A DNA stretch of 63,020 nt, counting the filler, from Squatina squatina (taxonomy: Eukaryota), in the NCBI GenBank assembly GCA_031763465.1. It is 4 parts of 3 records of this genome, joined end to end, with 100 filler letters (N's around TTAATTAATTAA, not from the genome) between each part and the next. Parts side by side here need not be neighbours in the genome. Positions count along the whole stretch, not along the records: positions 1 to 16,328 come from JARFOE010000176.1; 3 more parts are not named here. One strand, 5' to 3'. Positions 1-10,737 of the stretch are shown here, one piece after another. The notes under the pieces are model-generated. The model saw only the letters and a program-made list of their open reading frames with translations. It was not told the origin of the DNA and did no database searches. Position 1 is the first letter of the stretch. The number at the start of each line of letters is the position of its first letter. The position numbers were made by a program, and so were the translations under genes.

Positions 1-1
1 C

Positions 2-244
2 CCAGAATACTGGAAACCTAGCACCTTTGGTGGGAAAGTTGGCTTTGACATTGTGAACACTGCAACGCTGAAAACGCTGGTCTGCAACAATGTGAAAGGA
101 CCATGCCCAATTGTTTCGTTCAGTGTTCCTAAATCTATACCCAGCAAACCAGGCTCTGTCAGCCCCAAGACTTCCAACTCTGGTCTGGACGATGTTAATC
201 CACAGGGGCATGCACTGTTGAAAGAGCAATCAACAGAACTTTAA
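2..244 (+). CDS. PTGS2: Prostaglandin G/H synthase 2 (COX-2), 3' part of the last coding exon (5'-truncated by the window edge)
   Basis: Frame from nt 2 reads [43 protein letters not shown]...[21 protein letters not shown]. It carries the COX-2-type C-terminal insertion (SGLDDxNP) and the STEL end. It lies upstream of PDC and ODR4, as in human. Confidence 0.95.
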   Translation, partial: PEYWKPSTFGGKVGFDIVNTATLKTLVCNNVKGPCPIVSFSVPKSIPSKPGSVSPKTSNSGLDDVNPQGHALLKEQSTEL

Positions 245-1758
245 AATGTGTTTTTATTGGATAAATGTACTATTTAAAAAGTCACCAGATTGATGGTAGA
301 GGTGCTGCAATTGGTCTCAGGAGAAAAATCAGACGGCGTTCAAATTCCTGCTTGTTATCCAGTGACCCTCCCGCCAACCAACCACCCCCCCCACACTTCC
401 CCCACCCCCACCACCTTGCTGGATTGCCCCTGTGCAGGCTGAGGATAGAATCAGGCTTGGGTGTGACATCCCCACCCCCATAAACAAGTAGCCCACCAAC
501 ACCCAGTGTAAAGACTCTCACATGATTAACGGTTACATTGGTGAGGTACTAGAGGGTAACCAGCACCCATGAAAGGCATTAATGGGTCTAGGAGAAGGAG
601 AAACTTGGCAAATGATGATGATAGGTCGTCATCATTATATGGACACATCCTCCCAGGAAACTGCCATTTGGCCCATAAAACCTGTTCTTTCCATGGTCTG
701 TGGAAATGGTAAATTCGAGTCCAGGTAGGGTAAACTGTGTATTTCTTTCTTTCTTCTCAATATATGGGCGACGTTGTAAAGGCTGCATTTATTGCTCATT
801 CATAGTTGCCCCAAGAAGGTAATTGCGGTCACTTCAGAGTGTCCTGAGGAAATGTTCCATGTAAATACTCCCCGATTCCTAAAGGCAGAAAAGCACAACG
901 CCAAAATATTTATTCATTCCCCTTATCTCCACTGCTGAAGCTCTGGCTGGCTGTTTTTCACAGGCACCCCCAGCAGCACAGCAACCATGTGTCCCATGAG
1001 CTATTTGATCATCTCAGCATATCTTTATAACCTTTAATCCTGATCCTAATCAGATATTTATTTTTTGAATGTTAAATTACATAGTATCAGCAGCTATTAC
1101 CAAGCGTCCACTAGTCTGAGACAAAACTGATCTTCTTAGAACATAAGAACTAGGAGAAGGAGTAGGCCATTTGGCCCCTTGAGCCTCCTGTGCCATTCAA
1201 TAAGATCTTCTGCCTCAACTATCCCGANNNNNNNNNNNNNNNNNNNNNNNNNNNNNNNNNNNNNNNNNNNNNNNNNNNNNNNNNNNNNNNNNNNNNNNNN
1301 NNNNNNNNNNNNNNNNNNNNNNNNNNNAGCTATTTGATCATCTCAGCATATAGTTATCCATATAACCTTTAGATCCAGTTCCAACCAGACATTTTGAACT
1401 CCTTTCCTGTTAACAAATCTCATGCACAACTGGAGATTAATTTTGAAGATGCGTCCCCCAGTTCAGATAGGACAGCACTGCAACTGGCCTGAACGCCTTT
1501 GTTCTAGGTATGGGAACTTTGGTTCTCATGCCTGATAACTAGTCAGTGCTGAAAGTGCACACGTGTGGGTATCTGGTGAGGATGGGATCAGCTTTGGCCA
1601 CAATAGCCTTCCCACAGTTACATAGCTCACTAACATTCACCATCTAGGCTCATCCGTGGGGCCTGTGGAAATGTGCTTCAGCGTGAGTCACCAGCTTCAA
1701 GAAAGAGTGGGTGGAAATGCTCATCTAATTATCTCTAAATGGCTTCAACAACTTCCTG

Positions 1759-1851
1759 TATTTATTATTATTATTATTATTTATTTTAAACTTATTATTT
1801 ATTGTCTGGTAACATTTGTAATTTTTATTTGAACTATACTTATTTATTTAT
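1759..1851 (+). promoter_or_regulatory. AU-rich element cluster, probably in the PTGS2 3' UTR
   Basis: (TTA)n run with TTATTTATT nonamers at 1777-1785 and 1840-1848. AATAAA follows at 2495-2500 and 2578-2583. A gap at 1228-1327 separates it from the stop codon. Confidence 0.55.
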
Positions 1852-2779
1852 GGGGGAACAAATGCAGTTTATATAAAATATTTTTTGATACAAGGAACAA
1901 AGGCTCAGGAATTTTTGTTTTTGCCTTCTGAGGTTTATATATTCTTAATTGTTAATGGGGCTGGAATTTTCACAGTGAAAATTCCAAATTGGGCATATTC
2001 TCAACACGGTGGTTGCCTTGGAAAGGCAAAATCATGGCATTCCCCAACTGTCCTGTGGTGGAGTTTTTATTTTATAAGATAACCCCTTTAAATAATACAT
2101 CAACTTTAGAACTTGAGCAGTTTATTGAATGTATGTATGATCTATGTGCCTACAAAAGACTGTAAGCGATAAGTACATCTTTGTAAGCAAAAGCTTTGCT
2201 GCTCTGCAAGCACATCACGGCACCACCCAATAGCAGCATTTCTCTTGTATTTACGAGGATTTACTTCTAAAAGCCGCTACAGTAAAATGGATCCCGAATG
2301 AAAGAAACAAATGTTAGCAATAAGATATGAAATTGTTCTCATCTTGAAGTCTGGGAATGATGCACTGTTAACCATTGCCAGCTCACTTGACTGATTTCAG
2401 ACTACTGTAATTAAGCATCACTGTATGTTTTAGAATACTTACAACCCTTACAAAATATTCTACTTACAATCCTTACAAAATATTCTTTCTGTAAAATAAA
2501 TCCTGTTGACAGGCTGCACTTTATAAATATCTATTTCCTTTTGTACTTTTGGAAAAAGACATGGTGAATGTCAAACTAATAAAGAATAATCAAAACAATG
2601 AATCTCTGCCTCAGCCTGATTTTAAAGCAACTGCATGTTGCAGCAGCTCCATTGTGCTAGAGTTTGCTTAATTTTACCCAGAAGCAGGGATGGAGCAGGC
2701 TGGCGTTTATTGAAGAATAGCACCAGCAGAGTTGAGCAGGGCTAGTTAAAATATTCATTGTCAAATTGAAGGCTGAATG

Positions 2780-3297
2780 CACAGCAAGTCAACTTTCCCC
2801 GCTTCACACTTCTATGGAAGAGGGGGTAGTGCCAGAGGACAGGCAGACAGCTAATGTAGTTCCTATATGCAAAAAAAGATAGAACAAAACCTGGGAACTA
2901 TAGACCAGTCAAGCTTAATGTCAGTGAAGGGAAATATACTGGAATCTGGGAATCTAGACTAAAAGAAGAGCATCTAGCAACAGAAAATACTTTAAAAAGT
3001 AGTCATCATGGATTTCAAAAGGCTAAGTCCTGCTGAACTATCCTGATAGTAGACAAGGGTAATGCAGTAGATGTCATAAATGTAGATTTAAAAAGACCTT
3101 TGATAAGGTACCAAAGGTTAGGGCATGTGGAGTCGGGACAAAACTGAACGGATAGCAAATTGGCTAAAAAAAAAGCAGAGAGTAGGGGTAAAATATAGTT
3201 ATTCGAATGGGAAGAAGGTAGAAGGCAATGTTGTATAAGAATCAGTGCTGAGAGTACTGTTATTTGTGATTTATATTAATAATCTGGATTTAGAAAC
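2780..3297 (+). mobile_element. Degenerate CR1-type LINE ORF2 (reverse transcriptase) fragment
   Basis: Decayed CR1 RT motifs: GVVPED..ANVVP, PGNYRPV, HGFQK.KSC, D.VDV...D.KK.FDKVP, with frameshifts and stops. Confidence 0.75.
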
Positions 3298-3300
3298 TTA

Positions 3301-3682
3301 GGGGTGAAATTCAGCTGTGGTTTCGTCTTGTTAGTGCCTCCGAGGGGTGCTAACAGAGTGATAATGGACAAAATGGCGCCAGGAGGTAGCCATCTCACCT
3401 CCTGGGAAATTCCCCTGGGATGCAAAGGCCTTTGCGCCTCGCCCAGTGAATTCCGCGGAGGGTCGGCGCGCAGCGGAATTCAACCACAGGACCCGGCTGC
3501 AGCACCAATCAGTTGCAGCGACAGTGAAACCTGTTGCTGCAATAGGACTCTGAAAAGGGGTAGGCCTGAGCGCTGGCGGCCGCCATAGTTATTTGTCGGC
3601 CGACTAATGGCGGCCCACGGCCGGATCGGGCCACCATCCCCTCGCCTGGCATGCCGAATAGCGTGCCAGGCTGGTGGCCTGG
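3301..3682. mobile_element. Non-autonomous PIF/Harbinger-like element (left part, runs into a gap)
   Basis: TTA then GGGGTGAAATTC. It shares internal blocks CCTCCGAGGGGTGCTAA and GCAAAGGCCTTTGCGCCT with 15172-15816, and a related block in reverse orientation at about 60720-60790. Confidence 0.6.
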
Positions 3683-3782
3683 NNNNNNNNNNNNNNNNNN
3701 NNNNNNNNNNNNNNNNNNNNNNNNNNNNNNNNNNNNNNNNNNNNNNNNNNNNNNNNNNNNNNNNNNNNNNNNNNNNNNNNNN

Positions 3783-4150
3783 GGGGTGTTTGTGCGGTGT
3801 TTGGGGTGGGGGTGTTTGGGGGGGTGTTTGGGGTGTGTTTGGGGTGAGGGTGTTTGTGGGGTTTTTGGGGTGGGGGTGATTGCGGGATGTTTGGGGGTGT
3901 TTGCGGGGTGTTTGGGGTGGGAGTGTTTGCGGGGTGTTTGGGGGATGTTTGGGGGGTGTTTGTGGAGTGTTTGGGGTGAGGGGGTTTGCGGGGTGTTTGG
4001 GGGGTGTTTGCGGGGTATTTGGGGTGGTTTGTTTGGGGTGGGGGTGTTTGGGGGGTGTTTGGGATGGGGGTATTTGCAGGGTGTTTCTGGGGTGTTTGGG
4101 GTGGGGGGGTGTTTGTGGGGTATCTGGCGGGTGTTTGGGGTGGAGGATGT
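3783..4150 (+). repeat. G-rich low-complexity tandem repeat, (GGGGTGTTT)n-like
   Basis: Dozens of degenerate GGGGTGTTT / GCGGGGTGTTT units. This repeat is the source of the spurious Pro/Thr/His-rich and Gly/Val/Cys-rich ORFs. Confidence 0.9.
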
Positions 4151-4715
4151 TTGGATTCGTGGTGAGAGGAACAATAGTTTCTCAGCACCCATTCTGATAC
4201 TTCGTGAAGGGAGGTGGGCAGTGGTCATCGAAAATTCTCCTGCTGAGTGGGGGAGGGTTAAAGTATGATAATGTTGATTTCTCTTCCCATGGGGGAGCGG
4301 AGCTTTACAGTGGGTCAACAATGTCTTCGTTGTTTAGTTGGATGGTAGGAGGGTAGGAGGGTAACGTGGACCAGGGTCAAAATTATTCTCAATGGGGGTG
4401 CAGATCTTTGGGGGAAAGGGAGGCAGTGGCCAAAGCTGGGAGCTGAAATGCTGATCTGTGGTTGGAGGAAATATTGATTGGGGGAGGGTGGGGGTGGGGG
4501 GAGGAGGAGTATAGTGAGGGAAGCACCTAAAATGTTGCTTGGTGTGGAAGGAACAGGGACTTGAGATGATTCTCTTTGGGAGGGTAGGTGGAACAAATCA
4601 TTGGGATAAAGGGGCAGTGGTTGAAGCTGCAGGTTGAAAGGCTGGTCGGTGGGGAGAGGGAGAAATATTGCTCAGTTTGGGGGAGTGGACATGAGGGTGT
4701 TAGAACTGTAGAATA

Positions 4716-4914
4716 TCAAGAGGCACAATGGACATGATATTCAGCGTGCAACAAGTCCAAGAAAAATGCAAAGAGCAGCATCAACCTCTGTCCATGGCCT
4801 TCTTTGACCTCACAAAGGCCTTCAACTCTGTCAACCGGGAGGGATTATGGAGGGTCCTTCTCAAATTTGGTTGCCTGCAAAATTTCATCACCATCCTTCG
4901 CCTGCTCCATGATG
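4716..4914 (+). mobile_element. RTE-clade LINE reverse transcriptase fragment
   Basis: RGTMDMIFSVQQVQEKCKEQHQPLSMAFFDLTKAFNSVNREGLWRVLLKFGC..FITILRLLHD, a typical RTE RT domain segment. Confidence 0.85.
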
Positions 4915-5749
4915 NNNNNNNNNNNNNNNNNNNNNNNNNNNNNNNNNNNNNNNNNNNNNNNNNNNNNNNNNNNNNNNNNNNNNNNNNNNNNNNNNNNNNN
5001 NNNNNNNNNNNNNNTTAGCATTAGTTCTGAGTGTATGAACCCTTTAATTCACAACCCTATTCATTGCCCACATTTCCTTATGAGCACCACAGCCTTGCTT
5101 TCTGCCACTAGGATGGTATTGCACAGAAGGTCAGCATTGCGCCAACAGTCTCCAGTGTCCCCAGACGAATTTAGCACAGTTAGCATTACGGCCATTTTCA
5201 GCAGCCATTAACTCCAGTTGCCGGTGATACCAGCAACTTTCGTGACAAACACGAATTTCTAGGTCAATATCCTTTCTGCTCTCTGAAGTATGTTTACATT
5301 GAGGCCAAGCATTACTTATGTTTACACAGGGGCAGAGTTTCAAACATTATGCGTTATACAGATAAGTTTTGTGCTGCAATAAATTACTTTAAAAAACATT
5401 CTTAAGAAGTTCATGGAAAATTGGATAATGCTACAGGCATGGGCTCTAGCGGCTCCTTCTGCTAAAAAGGGTTTAATTGGGCCAAAATTAGAGCAAGTAC
5501 CAACTTTAAATCCTACCAAAGCCTCTCTGACCAAGTAGGAGTGAGCACAGTAGCCTGCAAGTTCCTCCATGCAACATGTTCGAGTTGTGCAGGAGAGTAA
5601 AGGTTCACTCTTTCAACATTGAAATCCATCCGATATGTCCCATCTGAAGAGGGCAGTTTTTGTTTTGCTTTGGTTTCATAAAGTTGTATTTTCCTCAAGT
5701 CCACACTAGTGGAATAAATCATCAACAGAAAGTACTGACAAGTATTTAA

Positions 5750-5852
5750 AGTTCTGACGAAAGATCACCGACCTGAAACATTAACTCGGTTTCTCTCTCC
5801 ACAGATGCTGCCTGACCTGCTGAATATTTACAGCATTTTCTGTTTTTATTTT
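5750..5852 (+). mobile_element. Penelope-like element terminal fragment with a minimal hammerhead-like motif
   Basis: AGTT CTGACGA AAGATC ACC GACCT GAAAC ATT AACT ... ACAGATGCTGCCTGACCTGCTGA. The same family occurs at 8666-8820 and 61636-61673. Confidence 0.65.
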
Positions 5853-6764
5853 ATTATTAAAGTATTGACAATTCAACTCTAAGACATTAAACCCATGTTT
5901 ACCCAACCCCAGTCCATTTCCTTCATGCCGCAGGCTGTTCCTTCAATGAGCTGTACCACCATGCCAGCAGTTAACAGTTCAGAAATATAGGGGAGGCATG
6001 TGCATCCCAGATAAAAACGTGGCGTTTTTTTGAAAAACCTAATCTTGAACCATCAAGGCCAAGACTTGTCAGCCATGTCTCTGCGCAGAAGACAAACAAA
6101 TAAAATGTTAAATCCCCCAAACTTCATACGAAGAAAAAAATAATTCAACAAATCTCCAAATGGAGATATATTAACAAGAGGTTTGTGGGGAATAATTTCA
6201 TCAGAACTACTTACAACATGATATAAGATTTAAATAGATCTCTCCGACCAGTCCTGCATCAACACAGAATATTTCACTTGTGGCCCAGACTTTTTCTATC
6301 AGCGTACCCAAGCTGTGAGCACTCTAAATGAAACAGATGACACTAATTCAGTCACAGGGTCTTGTTCGGCGGTTCATTGATAGGCCTACCATGAAACATG
6401 AACTGGCTGCCCAGTTAATTTTATGAACTCAAAGTATCTCTTGCATCCATTACAATGCATTATTTAATCCACCAAAATCTATTAGCATGTACCTGTGTCA
6501 TTACAAAGCATCGCAAGAGTTTTATTCTCTTCTAAAAAGCAAAGACAACCCACTGAGATCACAAAGTCACTGCCTGAATTTGGCAAAGGAAGGCAGGATA
6601 GAAAACTACCACAAAAAGTGAGTGTTGACAATAGCACTCCCAAATGTTAAGAGCACAAGCACATAAAAAGAACACAAAACCTGGTGTGCTTCCCAATACC
6701 TGGTCAGGCCAATCAGCTCTGGCTTCGTGTTATCATTATCGCCACGGAGTCCAAGGATGGAGAT

Positions 6765-6935
6765 CAAGCCCCACTCTCGGACTGGAGTGCACAGTCTAGG
6801 CTGACTCTTCAGTGCCGTACTGAGGGAGTGCTGCATTGTTAGAGGTGTCCTCTTTCGGATGAGATGTTAAACAGCCGCCCACCTGCTTGCTCAAGTGGAC
6901 GCGATAGATTCCACACCGCTATTCTGCAAATGTCC
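6765..6935 (+). mobile_element. DeuSINE/SacSINE-like SINE fragment
   Basis: AGGCTGAC..CAGTG..GTACTGAGGGAGTGCTGCA..GGATGAGATGTTAAAC..GTGGACG resembles the recalled Deu-domain SINE core. A related fragment lies at 34050-34126. Confidence 0.6.
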
Positions 6936-6944
6936 TGACCAATA

Positions 6945-7246
6945 CAAGTGCAAACTGGGGTCAAGCAAGACTGTGTCATCGCTCCAACGTTCTTTTCCAT
7001 CTTCCTCGCCGCAACATTCCGCTCCATCTCCATGAAGCTCCCCACTGGAGTGGAGCTAATCTACAGGATGAGCAGGAAACTGTTCAACCTCCGCCACCTC
7101 CAGTCCAGAACCAAGACCACCCCAACCTCTGTCATCAAGCTGCAGTACGCAAACGATGCTTATGTGTCTGCACACTCGGAGGCTGAGCTCCAAACCATCA
7201 TCGACTCATTCACTGAGGCTTATGAGAGAATGGGCCTCACACTAAA
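6945..7246 (+). mobile_element. RTE-clade LINE RT fragment (domains 4-6)
   Basis: VQTGVKQDCVIAPTFFSIFL...LQYANDA...ELQTIIDSFTEAYERMGLTLN. YADD has decayed to YAND. A CR1 3' tail in the opposite orientation follows. Confidence 0.85.
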
Positions 7247-8499
7247 CATAGAACATAGAAAATACAGCACATAACAGGCCCTTCGGCCCACGATGTTGTG
7301 CCGAACCTTTGTCCCAGATNNNNNNNNNNNNNNNNNNNNNNNNNNNNNNNNNNNNNNNNNNNNNNNNNNNNNNNNNNNNNNNNNNNNNNNNNNNNNNNNN
7401 NNNNNNNNNNNNNNNNNNNTATAATTGTAGCCAGACTTCCTTACTTTTGTACTCTAATCCCTTTGTAACAAAAACTAACCTGTCATTTGCTTTGGTTGAG
7501 GCCAAGGCACTGGACTCATTTATGAAATAGCTCAATACTGTTAAAGGAAATCACTAGGGCAGGTATTCTGTAAGGATGAGATCAAATGCACTGAACAGCC
7601 ATTTTCTTTCAAATCTTGTGATCTAGTGAATCCATGGGTTTTCCCAATTTTTTTCGACCATTCCAAAAGGCTGAATTAATTCCACCATCATCACTTCAGT
7701 TCGACTTTGCTAGTTAGATCCCAGAACTGAGATTCTGGCAACTAACTGTGTCACCGCAATCTGATTGGACCACACTAATGAGAAAAGGTTCCTAATTCTT
7801 TCAGCTCAATCCTCTTACTCTTCAGCTACTTTTGTACACATCGCCTTGATCTGGAAATTCAAACCTCAAGGCAGTCCAGCCTGAGCAGTTATCGTGTGCA
7901 TAAATCATTGTCTGCTGCCTTCAAGGACACTGCCATTTAGCTGGAACATTGGCACTGTATAGAGCAGGTAGGCCTTTTTCATTTCATCATGCAGCTCATG
8001 TGCACTCTGTATTCTGTATTCAAAGCTTCTGTCTCTGCGGTCTACGTAGAGAACACAGTTTTATTTCTCAAGTCAGTTTATGTCTTTTTTCTGTGAGGCA
8101 AACAAAAGTGAGAATAAAACTGCTTGAGCAGCTATTTGTTTCTCAGTTAAATGTACTTTTAAATCATCTTCCAATTTAAAGAGGTTAATAAAAAAAGGGT
8201 TACTTCATTTTTTCTCCTTTAAATATATCACCAAAATGTATTTATTTGGGATTTGGTTTTGTAAGGATCCAGTTAACTAGTTAAGTATGAAAAAAAATAT
8301 TCTTTCTAGATGTGTTGTATTAGCATGATCCTATGCTAGTTATAATACTATCTCTTAGTAAAAACATCTGGGGAAAAATTCAATTTTGTGCAAAATGGGA
8401 GATCTCCCTTTTTTCTGCACAATGAATGTCCCATTAATGAAACCAAAAGAACACATGGCTTTGAACAATGTGATTTCTGAGAATGCAGCTTCATTACAG

Positions 8500-8650
8500 G
8501 GTCATTAATCAGAGAGAAACAAGAGTCATTTTACCTTTACATAACAAAGATCGAGGAGGAATGAATTAAATCCAATGAATGAGCTGATCTGATAACTTAC
8601 GAGCTGCAAAGTATATAAAGGGGTGTTCCGGCCACCACTGCAAGTGGTAA
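8500..8650 (+). promoter_or_regulatory. Possible PDC proximal promoter (TATA plus K50-homeodomain-like sites)
   Basis: TATATAAAG at 8612-8620, TAATCA at 8506-8511 and TAAATCC near 8567, upstream of the PDC last exon on the same strand. The call rests on position and motifs only. Confidence 0.3.
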
Positions 8651-8665
8651 ATAAATCATTTCATT

Positions 8666-8820
8666 ACAGAAGCAAAAAATGCTGGAAAAACTCAGATGAC
8701 GAAGGATCATCGACCTGAAACGTTAACTCTGTTTCTCCTCAGATGCTGCCTGACCTGCTGAGTTTTTCCAGCATTTTTGTTTATATTCTAGATTCCAGGA
8801 TCCGCAGTATTTTGCGTTTG
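8666..8820. mobile_element. Penelope-like terminal fragment in inverted (hairpin) configuration
   Basis: AAAAATGCTGGAAAAACTCAG (8675-8695) is the exact reverse complement of 8758-8778. The arms enclose TGACGA-AGGATCATCGACCT-GAAACGTTAACT. Confidence 0.65.
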
Positions 8821-10737
8821 TTTTGGTTTCATTATATATTGCATCCATACCATAAGTCATGATCTGTTAAAGGAGTAGATATGGTTAGTGATCTAACCCA
8901 GTAAAAATGGGTTTAGTGTTGACTATAGCGTCAAAGTAAGATCAGGTTGAAGTTAGGCTTGAATGCCTGGTACAATGCCAGTCAGCACCACAGTTACTGC
9001 AATTTTGCAGATTCAACGAATTTGCATAATTATTCATAGTTGTCTGCAAATCGTGGCAACAGTTACTAGAAACACTGCCCAACTTTGTAAAGGCAGGGTG
9101 GTTTGGTACTGTCATTACTTACTGAGTTTTTGTGAGGTCCCCTCCATAATTCTACAACCACATTCCTAAATCCTTTTAGCAAACGATTGAGGAATATTCA
9201 TAAGTGACGTCAGCCTGTTGTTAATTCCAACATAATCGTGGGAGCTCAAGTAATTTCAGACCAACACTCCTCAATCTTAGGGATACATTTTCCTTTATAG
9301 CAAGAAGTTCACTTCCAATTAGGAAACAAAAGTTTTTTTTAAAACAGCATTGCATTTTATATTGCCAGAAGAAAATTTCAAATTATCAATTCTTCTGTAG
9401 TGTCCAATAAAACAAAGAACCATTAGATTGACAACGTCTAGCTCAATTTTCACAATGGCCGTGAGGATACTTCATTTATTTCTGTTCAAATCAGAGTTCA
9501 TTCAGAAATATCGGGCACAAACATTTTCAGACTGGTAAAGGTTTACATCACATTGAAAGGTAGATTTGGTGATAATTTAGCTCACAAATAAAAATGTGAT
9601 TTGGAAATCTGGATAAAATGCTATGAGGATTGGCGTTTATGGGGATGTTTTCTGTTTGTTTAATGTAATGGATGTTACAACTGATGGTAAAGCAATAAGA
9701 AATCTATTGAAACCACCAGCTATTTTTTTTCCTTTTCAGCATCTTTTACCTCTGTGGTTCTTTAAATCATTGAGGCAGAGAAGTAAACCTGTATGGTCAA
9801 ACGACACGCCCTATTTCCAGCATTACTGCGGGTGATTCTCTCACTGCCCCCTGCTGCTCCTTGGTAGCTGGTGCTCCATACTATATAGATGGGTTTGGGT
9901 ACTTGCTCTGCCTGTGCACCCGATAGCGCTGCTCCAGGATCCACATTAGGCCAGCTGTCAGCTGTTTCAGCATAGCTATTGATGGCAGGCGCATTCCAAG
10001 TGATTACCCTGAGGTTATTTAGAGCAAATGCATGCATACCAAAAGGGTTATTTTAGAATTACACAGAGTGTATTGTATGAGGATACAATCATCAGCCTTA
10101 ATTAAGGCAGTTACGGGCTGGGTCAGGTTAGATTGAGGTTTTTTAACAGATTGAGACAGGACTGCCAGCACCAACATAGGCATTTACACATAATTAACTG
10201 CACCCCAGCATGAGTCATTGGTTCAGTGGTAGAATTCTCGCCCCCTGAGTCAGAAGAGAAACATTCGAACCCTGCTCCAGATTAACCACTCCATCGGCTG
10301 GTGTAAAGATAGTTACGGCCACGGAAGGGGTGTTCACGTTGCAGCTTGTCAGACTGTTAATCAGCCTGCGAATCCTTCCATTAACTTCACACTGTTCGCC
10401 AAGGGAGGAGTGTGAAGATATGAACNNNNNNNNNNNNNNNNNNNNNNNNNNNNNNNNNNNNNNNNNNNNNNNNNNNNNNNNNNNNNNNNNNNNNNNNNNN
10501 NNNNNNNNNNNNNNNNNNNNNNNNNTGTCCGCCCATTTCACCAGCCTGTCTATGTCTTCCTGAAGTCTATCACTCTCCTCACTGTTCACATTGTTAGTTC
10601 TGGAAGGACAGGAATGTTTTAGGCAATTTGGAATAAATGAATCATGTCAGTGCATGTACTTGGTCTTCCTATGATAAATTAACATTTTAATTGCAAACCT
10701 CACAATTGTTTTCTTTAAAAAAAATCCCAAAATACAG

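Noticed and set aside
2436-2485. 25-bp tandem duplication (also a 16-bp duplication at 22646-22677 and spaced 15-mers near 19150 and 19215)
   Set aside because: Two-copy local duplications with no spacer array. They are not CRISPR-like and show no sign of function.
3509-4321. Long Pro/Thr/His-rich and Gly/Val/Cys-rich ORFs (up to 270 aa)
   Set aside because: They are translations of the G-rich simple repeat plus an N gap, open in several frames on both strands.
10215-10280. tRNA-like A/B boxes (also about 26375-26405)
   Set aside because: No complete cloverleaf. They are best explained as decayed SINE heads.
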